The notes beneath the pieces are model-generated. The model searched no databases. It was not told the DNA's origin and worked only from the letters and a program-made list of their open reading frames with translations. From an uncultured virus (IMG/VR IMGVR_UViG_3300027896_004848) (taxonomy: Duplodnaviria > Heunggongvirae > Uroviricota > Caudoviricetes), in the IMG/VR virus record IMGVR_UViG_3300027896_004848: 64,000 nt of DNA. The stretch is one strand, 5' to 3'. Shown here one piece after another: positions 20,827 through 30,822 of the stretch. How positions within the stretch are numbered: the stretch's first letter is position 1; every line of letters begins with the position of its first letter. The position numbers and the translations under genes were made by a program.

Positions 20827-22764
20827 ATGAAGGGATTATACGAAAGAAGAACCAAAACGGGTGAAAAAAGATATCGTGGAAAATATAATAGTAAACACAC
20901 ACCTTGGACTACTTATGAAGAAGCTTGTAGACTGTTAGCGATACTCCAGACAGAAGGTATCCAGCGTAGAAAATCAAGAAAAGAAAAAATAAAGCAATTA
21001 AAAGCAAATATAAAAGTTAAAAAAGGCATAGAAAGTTGGGTAAACTTTAGGGGAGAAACATTTTATAGGGCAAGAACTACTGTAAATAGAAAGGCTATAC
21101 AATCAGATTGGACAACTTCTTATGAAGAAGCCTGTAACCAATTAGAAAATGCAAAGTCTAAAAAAATCTATGCTTCTGAAAAACAAAAAGAAGCTATAAA
21201 ACAATTGGAACTTGATGAACAGAAATACTTAGAAAAGCATTCAGAACCTAAAGAACTTTTAAATATTCCTGTTGATGTAAACGGAAAAATAAAAGGTATT
21301 GAAGAAAGAACTACAAAACAGGGTGAAACTAAATATAGGGCAGCTACTTTTGTTAATGGAAAGCGTGTTAGAACAGCTTGGACTTCTTCTTATGAAGAAG
21401 CCTATAAACAATTTATTAAAATGAGTTCATTTAGAGTAGCTGTACCACATAAAAACAGATATACAGTAAATGATAAAGATATAAGAATGTCAGAATTTTT
21501 AGAGTTATACTTTGAGTATATAAAAACAAGATATAAACCAAACACTCAAAGAAATATACGCTCAGTATTAACTAAAATTTATAGGCATAAAATGGACATG
21601 CCTCTTAGTGAAATATCAAAAGTCGATGTAATGCCTCACCTAAGAGTTTTAGTAAAAAAGATATCAGCAGCTCGTAATATTTCGGTTTTAAAAATGTTAC
21701 AGGAATATGCTAAAGCTTTTGAATATCCTTACACAATAAATATTGCAAGATTGTGGGAAGAAATCCGCAACTATGCTGCATCTGATGAAAAAATAAAATT
21801 TATTTCAAAAGAAGAAGTAGCTGAAATTTTTAAGTATATAGATGATAGTATTGTAAAAATTAAAGCTAGAAAAAAGTTTACAATTCATGCTGAGAAAAGC
21901 ATTAAAGACTATCAGCATTTTAAATTGGCAATAAAGATAGCTTTATATGGGGGTCTGCGTAGAAGTGAAGTTTTGGGATTACGCTACAAAGATATTCAAT
22001 TAGATAAAAGAATTATTAATGTTATTTCAGTTCAAAATTTAGATGGCACATACAAAATTGGAACTAAAAATGGAAAGACCAGGATTGTTCCAATGGCAGA
22101 TCATGTAAAATTAGAACTACAAGAATTTATGAATAAAGATTACAAGGCAGACAGTTACATTTTTGAAGGATATAATTATCATTTTATTCAAGTCAGAATG
22201 GATGCTCTTAATGTAGCTGTAAAGTTTAGAGATACATATGGCTTCCATACTTTCAGACATACTTTTGCTAGTTTATTCTTTAAGTTAAAAGGCACATCTC
22301 CCGAAGCTCTTGTAGATTTACAACAGATATTAGGTCATCAGCATATCAATACAACTATGCACTATGTCCATGTTTATAAAACTTACACAGGAAATATTTT
22401 AGATGGTCTAAGCTATGGTGAAGCAGAAAAGATAGAAGCTCAGAGAAAAGAAGAAGAAAAAGAAACTCTCATTAGTGCAACAGTAGCTTTAAAAATATTA
22501 TCTGACCAAATCAGAGTTGAAACACCTTATGACAAGGATCTCATTCCTGTATATGAAGGAATGGGGGGAGTATTTAATAAAGAAAGTAGATGTTGGATAT
22601 TTGATTTAAGCACAGAGAAAAATATTAGGAATATTTTAAAAGAAAGATTTGGATATGAGCCTACTGAAACGATAGAAGATAAAATAAAAGAAATGCAAAA
22701 ACAGTTGGCGACTTTAATAAGTATTGCTCAATCTAATAATGGTTTGTCTAATAAAATATCATAG
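20827..22764 (+). CDS. Tyrosine integrase with three N-terminal arm-binding repeats and a C-terminal extra domain
   Basis: GLRRSE, TKNGK, HTFRH, LGH, TTMHY catalytic set; 3x KG..ER.TK.GE..YR...WT.SYEEA-like repeats. Confidence 0.92.
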   Translation: MKGLYERRTKTGEKRYRGKYNSKHTPWTTYEEACRLLAILQTEGIQRRKSRKEKIKQLKANIKVKKGIESWVNFRGETFYRARTTVNRKAIQSDWTTSYEEACNQLENAKSKKIYASEKQKEAIKQLELDEQKYLEKHSEPKELLNIPVDVNGKIKGIEERTTKQGETKYRAATFVNGKRVRTAWTSSYEEAYKQFIKMSSFRVAVPHKNRYTVNDKDIRMSEFLELYFEYIKTRYKPNTQRNIRSVLTKIYRHKMDMPLSEISKVDVMPHLRVLVKKISAARNISVLKMLQEYAKAFEYPYTINIARLWEEIRNYAASDEKIKFISKEEVAEIFKYIDDSIVKIKARKKFTIHAEKSIKDYQHFKLAIKIALYGGLRRSEVLGLRYKDIQLDKRIINVISVQNLDGTYKIGTKNGKTRIVPMADHVKLELQEFMNKDYKADSYIFEGYNYHFIQVRMDALNVAVKFRDTYGFHTFRHTFASLFFKLKGTSPEALVDLQQILGHQHINTTMHYVHVYKTYTGNILDGLSYGEAEKIEAQRKEEEKETLISATVALKILSDQIRVETPYDKDLIPVYEGMGGVFNKESRCWIFDLSTEKNIRNILKERFGYEPTETIEDKIKEMQKQLATLISIAQSNNGLSNKIS

Positions 22765-23160
22765 GAGGTATTATGAAAACAATAAGGGTATTTTTTAAAT
22801 GGTTTCGTTCATTAAAGGAAAAATGCAATTCCAAAGTCTATAAGAGAGGTAAGGTGATTTTCTTAACTGATAGTATACCTTCTGAAAAAATAGAAGAATT
22901 TGTTATTTCTGTCCGTAAAGATAGTGGTCAGCGTGTAGATTGGCATTATATGGGTGGCCGTGCAGTTATTAAATATTTGGGTGATAAAAATAAAGTAATA
23001 GAATCTCTTAAAAAATTTAGAAACATTCATGATGAAGCCTATGAAAAAATGATGATAGAGTCCCCTGTGCCCACTACAAAAGAATATATTACCAAAAGAA
23101 TTAATGGATATTGGGATATGCTGAAATAGAATTTTGGAGATAATAAAAAAACTTGACATA

Positions 23161-23225
23161 ATACCCCCGATGCGTTTCAATAATTCATGTAGGTTTATAT
23201 AAATTAGAAACATATCGGGGGGTAT
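23161..23225. promoter_or_regulatory. Long inverted repeat over the parA promoter region and RBS
   Basis: ATACCCCCGATGCGTTTC...GAAACATATCGGGGGGTAT, just after TTGACA at 23153. Confidence 0.6.
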
Positions 23226-23230
23226 CGTTC

Positions 23231-24196
23231 ATGCAAGTCGCTATATCATCCACAGAAATAGGGAGTATTTTAGATATTACTCCACAAGGACTAGCTCAAT
23301 ACATTAGAGGTCTGGAATTAGATAAGGAAAAAGAAGAGTTTTTTGGGGGTAAAACAAGGTATCTTACACACGCAGGAGCTAGAAAACTTTTTACTGCCAG
23401 AGGTTTTAAATACCCAAAAAAGAATATTTGTTTTTATGCTAATAAAGGTGGCGTTGGAAAAACAACCTTAGCTATTAATATGGCTTATAGGGCTGCACAA
23501 TTAGGCGCAAGGGTATTACTTTTTGACCTAGATATGCAAGCCAATGCTACTAATACCTTTATAAGTCATATCCCAAAGCATGTTTTTTATGATGTTATTA
23601 CTAAGAATACAACCGTTGATAAAGTGATAATTCCATTAGATAATGGTTTAGATATTCTTCCAAGCTCTCTTACAAATACTCGCCTAGAGCTTGAATTAAT
23701 TACAAAACAATTCAACCAAGAAAGCTATTTTAAAAGCATCTTAGAACCAATCAGAGATAACTATGACTTGGTAATTATTGATTTGGCTCCAAGTCTTTCC
23801 CATGCTTCTTATTTGGCAGTTCTGGCTTCGGATCTCGTCTATATCCCTGCAACACCAGATATCTATTCAGCACAAGGAATTGATATAACCTGGGGAACAA
23901 TACAGGATATTGAAAAGAATTTTCCAAACAAGAAATTTGAAGTCAATGTTGTGTGGAATAAGTATAACAGTAAAGAAACAAACTCTCTTAAATTTATTAC
24001 TGACATGAAGAAATATGAGGGTATGGGAATAGCCCCTGTTATTATTAGAGTAGATGCTGCTTTAAAGAATGCTCAAGCTGAAGGAAAAACAACCTTTGAG
24101 TTTAAGAGCAAAGGCAATTCTCTTGAGGATATTGATGTATTGACTAAAGACATGCTTGGTATTGATTCTTTCTTTAATAAGAAGGCAAATGCATGA
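23231..24196 (+). CDS. parA: ParA ATPase with N-terminal HTH
   Basis: KGGVGKTT, DLDMQANAT, IIDLAP; N-terminal HTH extension. Confidence 0.9.
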   Translation: MQVAISSTEIGSILDITPQGLAQYIRGLELDKEKEEFFGGKTRYLTHAGARKLFTARGFKYPKKNICFYANKGGVGKTTLAINMAYRAAQLGARVLLFDLDMQANATNTFISHIPKHVFYDVITKNTTVDKVIIPLDNGLDILPSSLTNTRLELELITKQFNQESYFKSILEPIRDNYDLVIIDLAPSLSHASYLAVLASDLVYIPATPDIYSAQGIDITWGTIQDIEKNFPNKKFEVNVVWNKYNSKETNSLKFITDMKKYEGMGIAPVIIRVDAALKNAQAEGKTTFEFKSKGNSLEDIDVLTKDMLGIDSFFNKKANA

Positions 24197-25299
24197 ATAA
24201 GAGTAAAACGCTTTGCCTTGCTGATTTAATGAAGAAAGAAACTAAAGGCATAAACCCTATGAAACATAGAGAAGGTTTGGATAAACCTAGTTCTTCTTTT
24301 TTATTCAAGGATAAACAGGTAACAAACGGGCAACAAACAGATAACAATATAGATAGCAATCAGATAACAAACGGGCAACAAACAGATAACAATGAAAACT
24401 TGGAAAAAGAGAAACAGATAACACAAGGGATAACCATTAGGCAACAAACAGATAACAAACGGATAACAGATTTTAAGGTAGACGCACTTGTTGGGCATGA
24501 GAAAAAATTACTTTTTTTTATTAAAGAAAAATGCAGTTTAATAGGTGATTTAATCACGCCTCCAATTACAAATGAGCTAACAAGAGAAGCCTTAGAGTGT
24601 AGTATGGATACAGCTAAGATGATTGTTTATAGGTTAGTAAAAAAGGGTTTTATTAAAAGACATTCCAGCAAAACAGGTCGAGGTGGCTGGACTAGATTCT
24701 CTATATCAAAAGATTTATACCAAACCTTAAACAGGCAACAAACGGATAACAAACAGGGTACACAAGGGATAACACAAGGGATAACAAGCCCCTCTAGTAG
24801 TAGTAGTCTTAATATATTAAATAATACTACTACTGAAGGATGGTCTGAAATAGATATTGCCCCTCTTGAACAATTTGGCTTTACTGACACCCATATTAAA
24901 CAAATAATCAGTTCCAATAAGAGCAACCCTACACTTTTACAAAAGTCTATTGAGTATTTTGTTTATATGCTGGAAAACAAAACTCAAGATATCAGAGAAC
25001 CTATAGGATTTTTTATGTCTATTATGAGAAATGAAGGCATGATAGCGAAGCCATTAGGCTATAAAACCAAACTTGAAAGAAATCTTGAGATTCTTGATCA
25101 AGAAAGAAAAGCTGAACAGGATAAAGTTAAAAAATATATTGAAGAAAATTATGAAACTTTAACAAGGCATCCTAGTATAATAGCAGAGAAGGAAAAATTA
25201 TCTCAAAATGGGTTTATGTCGGAAGACTCCAGGGCATATTTGGAAACCATGAAAGGGATACTGTTTGATAGGATACAAAAAGGCGAATTACAAGCGTAG
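24193..25299 (+). CDS. Replication initiator-like (wHTH) protein with intragenic iterons
   Basis: Central wHTH (AKMIVYRLVKKGFIKR...GRGGW) flanked by QQTDN repeats, SSSSS linker, coupled to parA. Confidence 0.7.
   Translation: MNKSKTLCLADLMKKETKGINPMKHREGLDKPSSSFLFKDKQVTNGQQTDNNIDSNQITNGQQTDNNENLEKEKQITQGITIRQQTDNKRITDFKVDALVGHEKKLLFFIKEKCSLIGDLITPPITNELTREALECSMDTAKMIVYRLVKKGFIKRHSSKTGRGGWTRFSISKDLYQTLNRQQTDNKQGTQGITQGITSPSSSSSLNILNNTTTEGWSEIDIAPLEQFGFTDTHIKQIISSNKSNPTLLQKSIEYFVYMLENKTQDIREPIGFFMSIMRNEGMIAKPLGYKTKLERNLEILDQERKAEQDKVKKYIEENYETLTRHPSIIAEKEKLSQNGFMSEDSRAYLETMKGILFDRIQKGELQA
24311..24787 (+). repeat. Iteron-like 11-bp repeats in two clusters
   Basis: G(G/A)(C/T)AACAAAC(A/G) units; 29-mer duplicated at 24320-24348 and 24365-24393; second cluster about 24730-24787. 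Confidence 0.75.
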
Positions 25300-25371
25300 G
25301 GATAGCTTCTCCTATCCCCAACAAGTATATAAGTCGTTGAAACTATTTATTATTTTGGTCACAATGTGACT

Positions 25372-25385
25372 TGGAAGGAAATCCA
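25372..25385 (+). repeat. Putative attR core
   Basis: Identical 14-mer, followed by GTGA overlap into the next gene. Confidence 0.7.
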
Positions 25386-28200
25386 GTGAAAACACAACTA
25401 TCTATTCCTATAGAACAAATTTTAATGTCCTCTAAAAGTCCAAAACAATTCATAAAACAAAAAATTAAATCATTTTTTAAAAATGATAAAAAAATTTATA
25501 AGCGTCTTAAAATGGAAAGTATAGAATTCTCTTATTATGAAGATACCTCAGTTTATTATAATATAGTATATACAGGAGATCCTATAGCCATGAGGTGTAT
25601 GAGTAAGATTCTACACTTCTGGGGCAGATGCTCCAGCTCCCAAGAGTTAGGTAAGCTATGAAAGCTACCTTGGGCAAAAGAACGAAAAATGGACGGAAAT
25701 TCAATAAGGAGATTTTATGAAATTAATAATATCTTTAGATAAAGCTCTTGTTCTTGATTTAATTTGTCTTTTTGAGCAAGCTTTAGACGCAACAGAACCA
25801 CTTGGAAAATTAAGAACTAAAAAGTCTTTATTTCATGATAAAGTCATGAAAGAAGTTATTGATAAATTAGAACTTAAAGATTGGTCTAAAAAAATAATAG
25901 AAATTGCAAAATCTTTTGATTTAGAAATTGTTGAATAAACTTTTGAAGAAGGCTATGATAAAAAATTTTATGACGTATATTTATCCTTACTTTAAAAAAG
26001 TTCCCAAGAATATTGAAGTATTAGATCCACTTAATCATCCTAAACATAAATTAATGGGTAAATCTGAATTGATTTGGGCGAGTTCTGATTGGGTTTGTTT
26101 TGGACAACATTATATTGAAAATCATGTTCGTAAATGTGTAGATAATTCTGTATACAGCATGACTTATAGTACATTTTGGAGATATGTTAGAGAAGGAAAA
26201 ATAAAAGTTTTAAAGTCGCCGTGTTTAAAAAAATTTGATAAAGAAATACAGGAGATGCTTAAATGAGTTGGGTAGAAACTAAATTAAAAGCAGCTATAGA
26301 TGGTTTTATTGCGTGACACAACCTATTTTAAAACGGGGTATGGAAAGAAATTCAGTGAGGTAATTATGAAAAAAGAAGAATTTTCTTATTATAAGGTAGT
26401 TTGGGAAAAAGATATTGTAACTTATGAACGAATAGATAATGTACATCGACCTGAAAATGTTGCTGGGATAATTTTGCGTGAACAAGAAACTGAGAGATCC
26501 CATATAAACTGTTGCTCTGAAAAAAAATTAAAATCATTTAATTTAATTTCTAAACAAGAATTTTATTCCAGTCATAAATGAGGAGATTTTATGGATTTAA
26601 AAGACGATATACTAAATTTAAAAATAATTAAAGATCGCTGTAGGGCTATAAGGATGGACAAATATTCTTGTTCTGTATGTTCTTTTTATATAGATGAATA
26701 TGTAAATCCTGGGGATGTACAAGCTAAAGAAAAAGATTGTTTATTAGGCCGTCCTTGTGGGTGGAATGAATATACAAGTTTAACAATAAAAAAGGAAGAT
26801 AGAAAATTGGGAGCAGTGGCTCCTGTGCCCAGACCCCCAGTAAGCGTGTGAAATAATGAGAGAATATGTCAATCCAAGAGGTTGGAAGGAGATACAATGA
26901 GTGAATTAGGTAAATATATGTATAATAAATACCATGACGATGAAGATGATACTGATGAAACCAATATAGAAGAAGTTTTAAATTTAGAAATAAAATATAC
27001 TGAGACAATGAAAAAAGAAATAGAAAATTTAATAGACGAAATTAATAATAAATCTATAAAACTTTTTTATATTTTAGCAGATGATAAAATGAATAAATGT
27101 GGTCATTCAGGAACTAAAGGTCTTGGGGGAAACGATTCATCACCTTGGGATGGCACTAAAGCAACATTAGAAAGTACTTTAGAAACACTTAAGATATGTT
27201 TAGAAAGATATGAGGTTTTAGTTACTTCTGTCCCCAAGGACTAGGTAAGTTGTGAAAAGTATTATGTTATCTAGGCTTTACTTCCAAGAAGGCCCTAGCG
27301 CCATTGACAAGAAGGGTCTTAAGTATTATAAGGTATTTTTAGTTTTAATGAGGTGTTTATGACATTAGAAAACGCTATGGAAAGTAATGCTAAGTTGGCT
27401 GAAGTTATTGCCCAAAAGAAAAGGGATGCTCTTGTACCCTGTGAGTCACGTTTGTCATTTTTGGGTGCTGTACCAACTACTGAAAAAAAGGATTCTGATC
27501 TTGGTAAAACTATCGTTTTGGCTATTCTTGCTATAGGGACTGTAGTAGCAGGAGGTAGATATATACAAAATAAAGTCAGGGAAAACAGAGCTTCGAAGTA
27601 TGCTCGTAGGTTAGCATATAAAAAATACGGCTATGATGTCTCGAATGAAGAAGCTTCCGAAGCAGGAATAGGATTAAATAAGCATAAAAGCAGGCTTTAA
27701 AAAGTTATTGACAACACTAAATGAGGTGCTTATGATAAAAATAAGTAAAAAGGATCTTAATAAATTGGTTTCTGAAAAAATATTTGGCTGTTCTGATCAA
27801 CCTGCTGATTATTGTGGTAATATTTTGGAAGCTAGAAAAATTCTTACAAAAATAAGACAAACTCAGGCAAATTTAAATTATAATAAAGCTGTTGGACAAC
27901 CGATTCCAATTCAAATTTGTTTAGCTGCATTATTTATAGTTACGGGCAATGAATACGATGTTGAGGAACTATAGTCATGAATAAAAAAGAAAAACTAAGA
28001 GGACAGACAAAAGAGTTTTGTCATTTTGATGAAAGCGCATTTGAAGATCGGTCTATTAAATTTGGAGTATCCGGCTATGAAAAGCCTATATTGGAATTAA
28101 AAGCTAACGGTGATATTTTTGTAAAAGGTAAGGCAGTAGTAAATGATATAGAAGTCTATTGGGCTTTAAAAGAATTTCTTTTAAAAGCAAAGGAAGAATT

Positions 28201-28413
28201 ATGAAAAATGATATTTTAGAAAAATTAGCCGAAATAGAACACGACCAGTGGGTAGAATGGTCAAAAGATGTAGCCAATAAAGAAAATATAAGTGAAGAAC
28301 GTAAGAAGCGTTGGAAACAGTATTGGATTCCTTATTCTGAATTATCAGAAGATGTGAAAGAACAAGATAGAAAGTATGCTAGGAAGGTTTTGAAGGCATT
28401 AGCTGGTAAATAA
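28201..28413 (+). CDS. RyR-like small domain protein
   Basis: LAEIEHDQW...PYSELSEDVKEQDR pattern. Confidence 0.55.
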   Translation: MKNDILEKLAEIEHDQWVEWSKDVANKENISEERKKRWKQYWIPYSELSEDVKEQDRKYARKVLKALAGK

Positions 28414-28940
28414 ATAGCTAGGAACGGTTGAAAACATTAGAACAATATAAGTCAAATGAATAACCAATCAGATTATTTAAAATATAGAGGTAAATGTAAA
28501 GAGCTGTGTGAAGGGCTTATTAAAAAAGATAGTTCTTTAAGATTAGTACGTGGTTATTATTATTGTCCAATGTGGGGTGAGCAGCCCCATTGGTGGTGTG
28601 AAAATAAAAATAAAAAGATAATAGATCCTACTAGATTACAATTTCCTTCAAAGGGTTTGGGAGAATATATAGAATTCAACGGTATGCTTCAGTGTGCTGA
28701 GTGTGGTAAAGAAGTTGCGGAGAAAGATGCAGATATAGCTGGCAATTATGCTTTTTGTTCATACAACTGTCATGGTAAGTTTGTGGGGATATTTTAATGA
28801 CTGCTAAAGGGTTAATAGAGTATGCTAATAAAAACTAAGACAGTAGAACTAAAAAAACAAGGTAATATATTAACACCTAAATAATTTAATATTATCAAAT
28901 ATTTTAATAGTATTATGTATACTTTAAACAAGGGGGAATC

Positions 28941-29312
28941 ATGACAAATTATGGTAAAGAATTGATATTAGATTTACATGAGTGTGATCCAAGCACTTTT
29001 ACAAGAGCCAGCATAGAAGAATACTTTGTACAGATGTGCAAGAAGATTGATATGAAGCGCTGTGATCTTTTCTTTTGGGACGACTTTGGACTACCGCCAG
29101 AAGAATGCCAGACTTTGCCTCATTTAAAAGGGACTTCTGCTGTACAGTTTATAATGACTTCAAATATCACAATACACACTTTGGATATCATGAAGCGGGT
29201 ATACTTGAATATCTTCTCATGTAAAGATTTTGACCCTAAAGTAGCTGAAGGATTTTCTCTTGAGTGGTTTAAGGGAAAGACTGTAAACAAAGTAATCGTA
29301 GACAGGATATAA
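28941..29312 (+). CDS. speD: Pyruvoyl-dependent AdoMet decarboxylase-like proenzyme
   Basis: G..LILDL..C, GTSAVQFIMTSNITIHT, LNIFSCK.FD. Confidence 0.8.
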   Translation: MTNYGKELILDLHECDPSTFTRASIEEYFVQMCKKIDMKRCDLFFWDDFGLPPEECQTLPHLKGTSAVQFIMTSNITIHTLDIMKRVYLNIFSCKDFDPKVAEGFSLEWFKGKTVNKVIVDRI

Positions 29313-29314
29313 TA

Positions 29315-30304
29315 ATGAATATTGTGTTTATAATACCAACTGGGATTGGTGCTGATATAGGTGGTCATGCAGGAGATGCTACTCCAGCAGCAAAATTAAT
29401 AGCCTCTTGTTGTGACAATTTAATTATACACCCTAACGTAGTCAACGCTTCTGATATAAATGAGATGTCTGAAAATATGTGGTATACTGAAGGAAGTATT
29501 TTAAATAGATTTTTGACCGGATCTATAAAGCTACAAAGGCCACACAAAAATAAAATACTTTTAGCAGTCAATAAACCTGTATGGATAGAGACTATAAATT
29601 CAGCATCCTCTGCAAGAGCAACTGTTGGGGCTGATATTTCTATATTAGAGTTAAATGAGCCTTTAGAAATGATAGCAACAATGGAAGATGGAAAGGCTTC
29701 GGGAATAGTAAATGGTTGGGAAAGCCTAGTAAAGCAGGTATCTGATTATTCTTTTGACGCACTAGCTCTTGCTACACCCATAGATGTCGATAAAGAAGTT
29801 GCATTAAAATATATGCATGATGGTGGTGTAAATCCTTGGGGTGGTGTAGAGGCAAAAGCTTCTAAACTGATTGCTAGTGCAATCAATAAGCCTGTAGCAC
29901 ATGCACCTGTAGGACATACACTTAAAGATTGGAAAGAGATAGCAGATCCTAGAATGGCAGCTGAGACTGTATCTGTATGTTATTTGCATTGTGTACTTAG
30001 AGGCCTTCACCGGGCTCCTAGAATAGAACCAAAAGAAGGTAATAAAGGACTATCTTATGAAGATATAGATTGTCTGATATCACCGTGGGGATGCTGGGGA
30101 GAACCACATGAAGCTTGTTATAATAGAGGCATACCTGTAATAGCTGTAAAAGAAAATAAGACCTGTCTGAATGAGCCTATGACAAAAGCGATTGCTGTAG
30201 AAAATTATCTGGAAGCTGCTGGTTTGGTCATGTCTTGGAAGGCTGGGGTAAGTATGGAATCTCTAAGAAGACCGTTAGCTCATACAACTGTTATAAAAGC
30301 TTAA
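29315..30304 (+). CDS. DUF3326 family protein
   Basis: IIPTGIGADIGGHAGDA, HPNVVNA, NPWGGVEA, AHAP, L.GL.RAP, NYLEAAG. Confidence 0.8.
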   Translation: MNIVFIIPTGIGADIGGHAGDATPAAKLIASCCDNLIIHPNVVNASDINEMSENMWYTEGSILNRFLTGSIKLQRPHKNKILLAVNKPVWIETINSASSARATVGADISILELNEPLEMIATMEDGKASGIVNGWESLVKQVSDYSFDALALATPIDVDKEVALKYMHDGGVNPWGGVEAKASKLIASAINKPVAHAPVGHTLKDWKEIADPRMAAETVSVCYLHCVLRGLHRAPRIEPKEGNKGLSYEDIDCLISPWGCWGEPHEACYNRGIPVIAVKENKTCLNEPMTKAIAVENYLEAAGLVMSWKAGVSMESLRRPLAHTTVIKA

Positions 30305-30322
30305 AGAGTTTATGGAGAAATT

Positions 30323-30820
30323 ATGTCGGAGACCGGTTTAGCTAGGGGCTCTTTATCAAAGTGGTGTAAGGGGTACGGAATAGATTTGGGCTTTGGGGGG
30401 GATAAGATAGTACCTCATGCTATTGCTGTTGATTTAGCTGTACCGTATACTAAGACTGGGATGGATCCTGTACAGCTTGGTGGGGATGCTAGAGATCTTT
30501 ATTGGTTTAAAGATGGTGTTTTAGGGTGGGTCTACTCAAGCCACCTTTTAGAGGACTTCACGGACACTACTTCAGTTTTAGCTGAATGGACAAGGGTCTT
30601 AAAAAAAGATGGTTTTTTGATTCTATATTTACCTGATGAGCAAGCTTATAGAGCGTACTGCCAGAAAAATGGGCAAGGTAGAAACCCAAATCACAAAAAT
30701 GAAAATTTTAATGCTGAGTGGGTTAAGAAATGCGCAGAGTCCTTAGGTAATCTGGAATTAGTACACTGTTCAGAAATAGTAAACGGTTATTCTTTTGAAA
30801 TTGTTTTTAAAAAGAAATAG
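30323..30820 (+). CDS. Methyltransferase (type 11-like)
   Basis: DLGFGG, VYSSHLLE, EWTRVLKKDG.L.LYLPD. Confidence 0.8.
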   Translation: MSETGLARGSLSKWCKGYGIDLGFGGDKIVPHAIAVDLAVPYTKTGMDPVQLGGDARDLYWFKDGVLGWVYSSHLLEDFTDTTSVLAEWTRVLKKDGFLILYLPDEQAYRAYCQKNGQGRNPNHKNENFNAEWVKKCAESLGNLELVHCSEIVNGYSFEIVFKKK

Positions 30821-30822
30821 TG

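Larger units (their letters stand above)
18551..25385. mobile_element. Integrated element (6.8 kb) with tyrosine integrase, ParA and Rep
   Basis: 14-bp direct repeat TGGAAGGAAATCCA at 18551-18564 and 25372-25385; internal integrase, ParA and initiator with iterons. Confidence 0.75.

Noticed and set aside
24311..24787. Possible CRISPR array
   Set aside because: Short degenerate tandem units inside an ORF with no unique spacers and no cas genes; fits iterons
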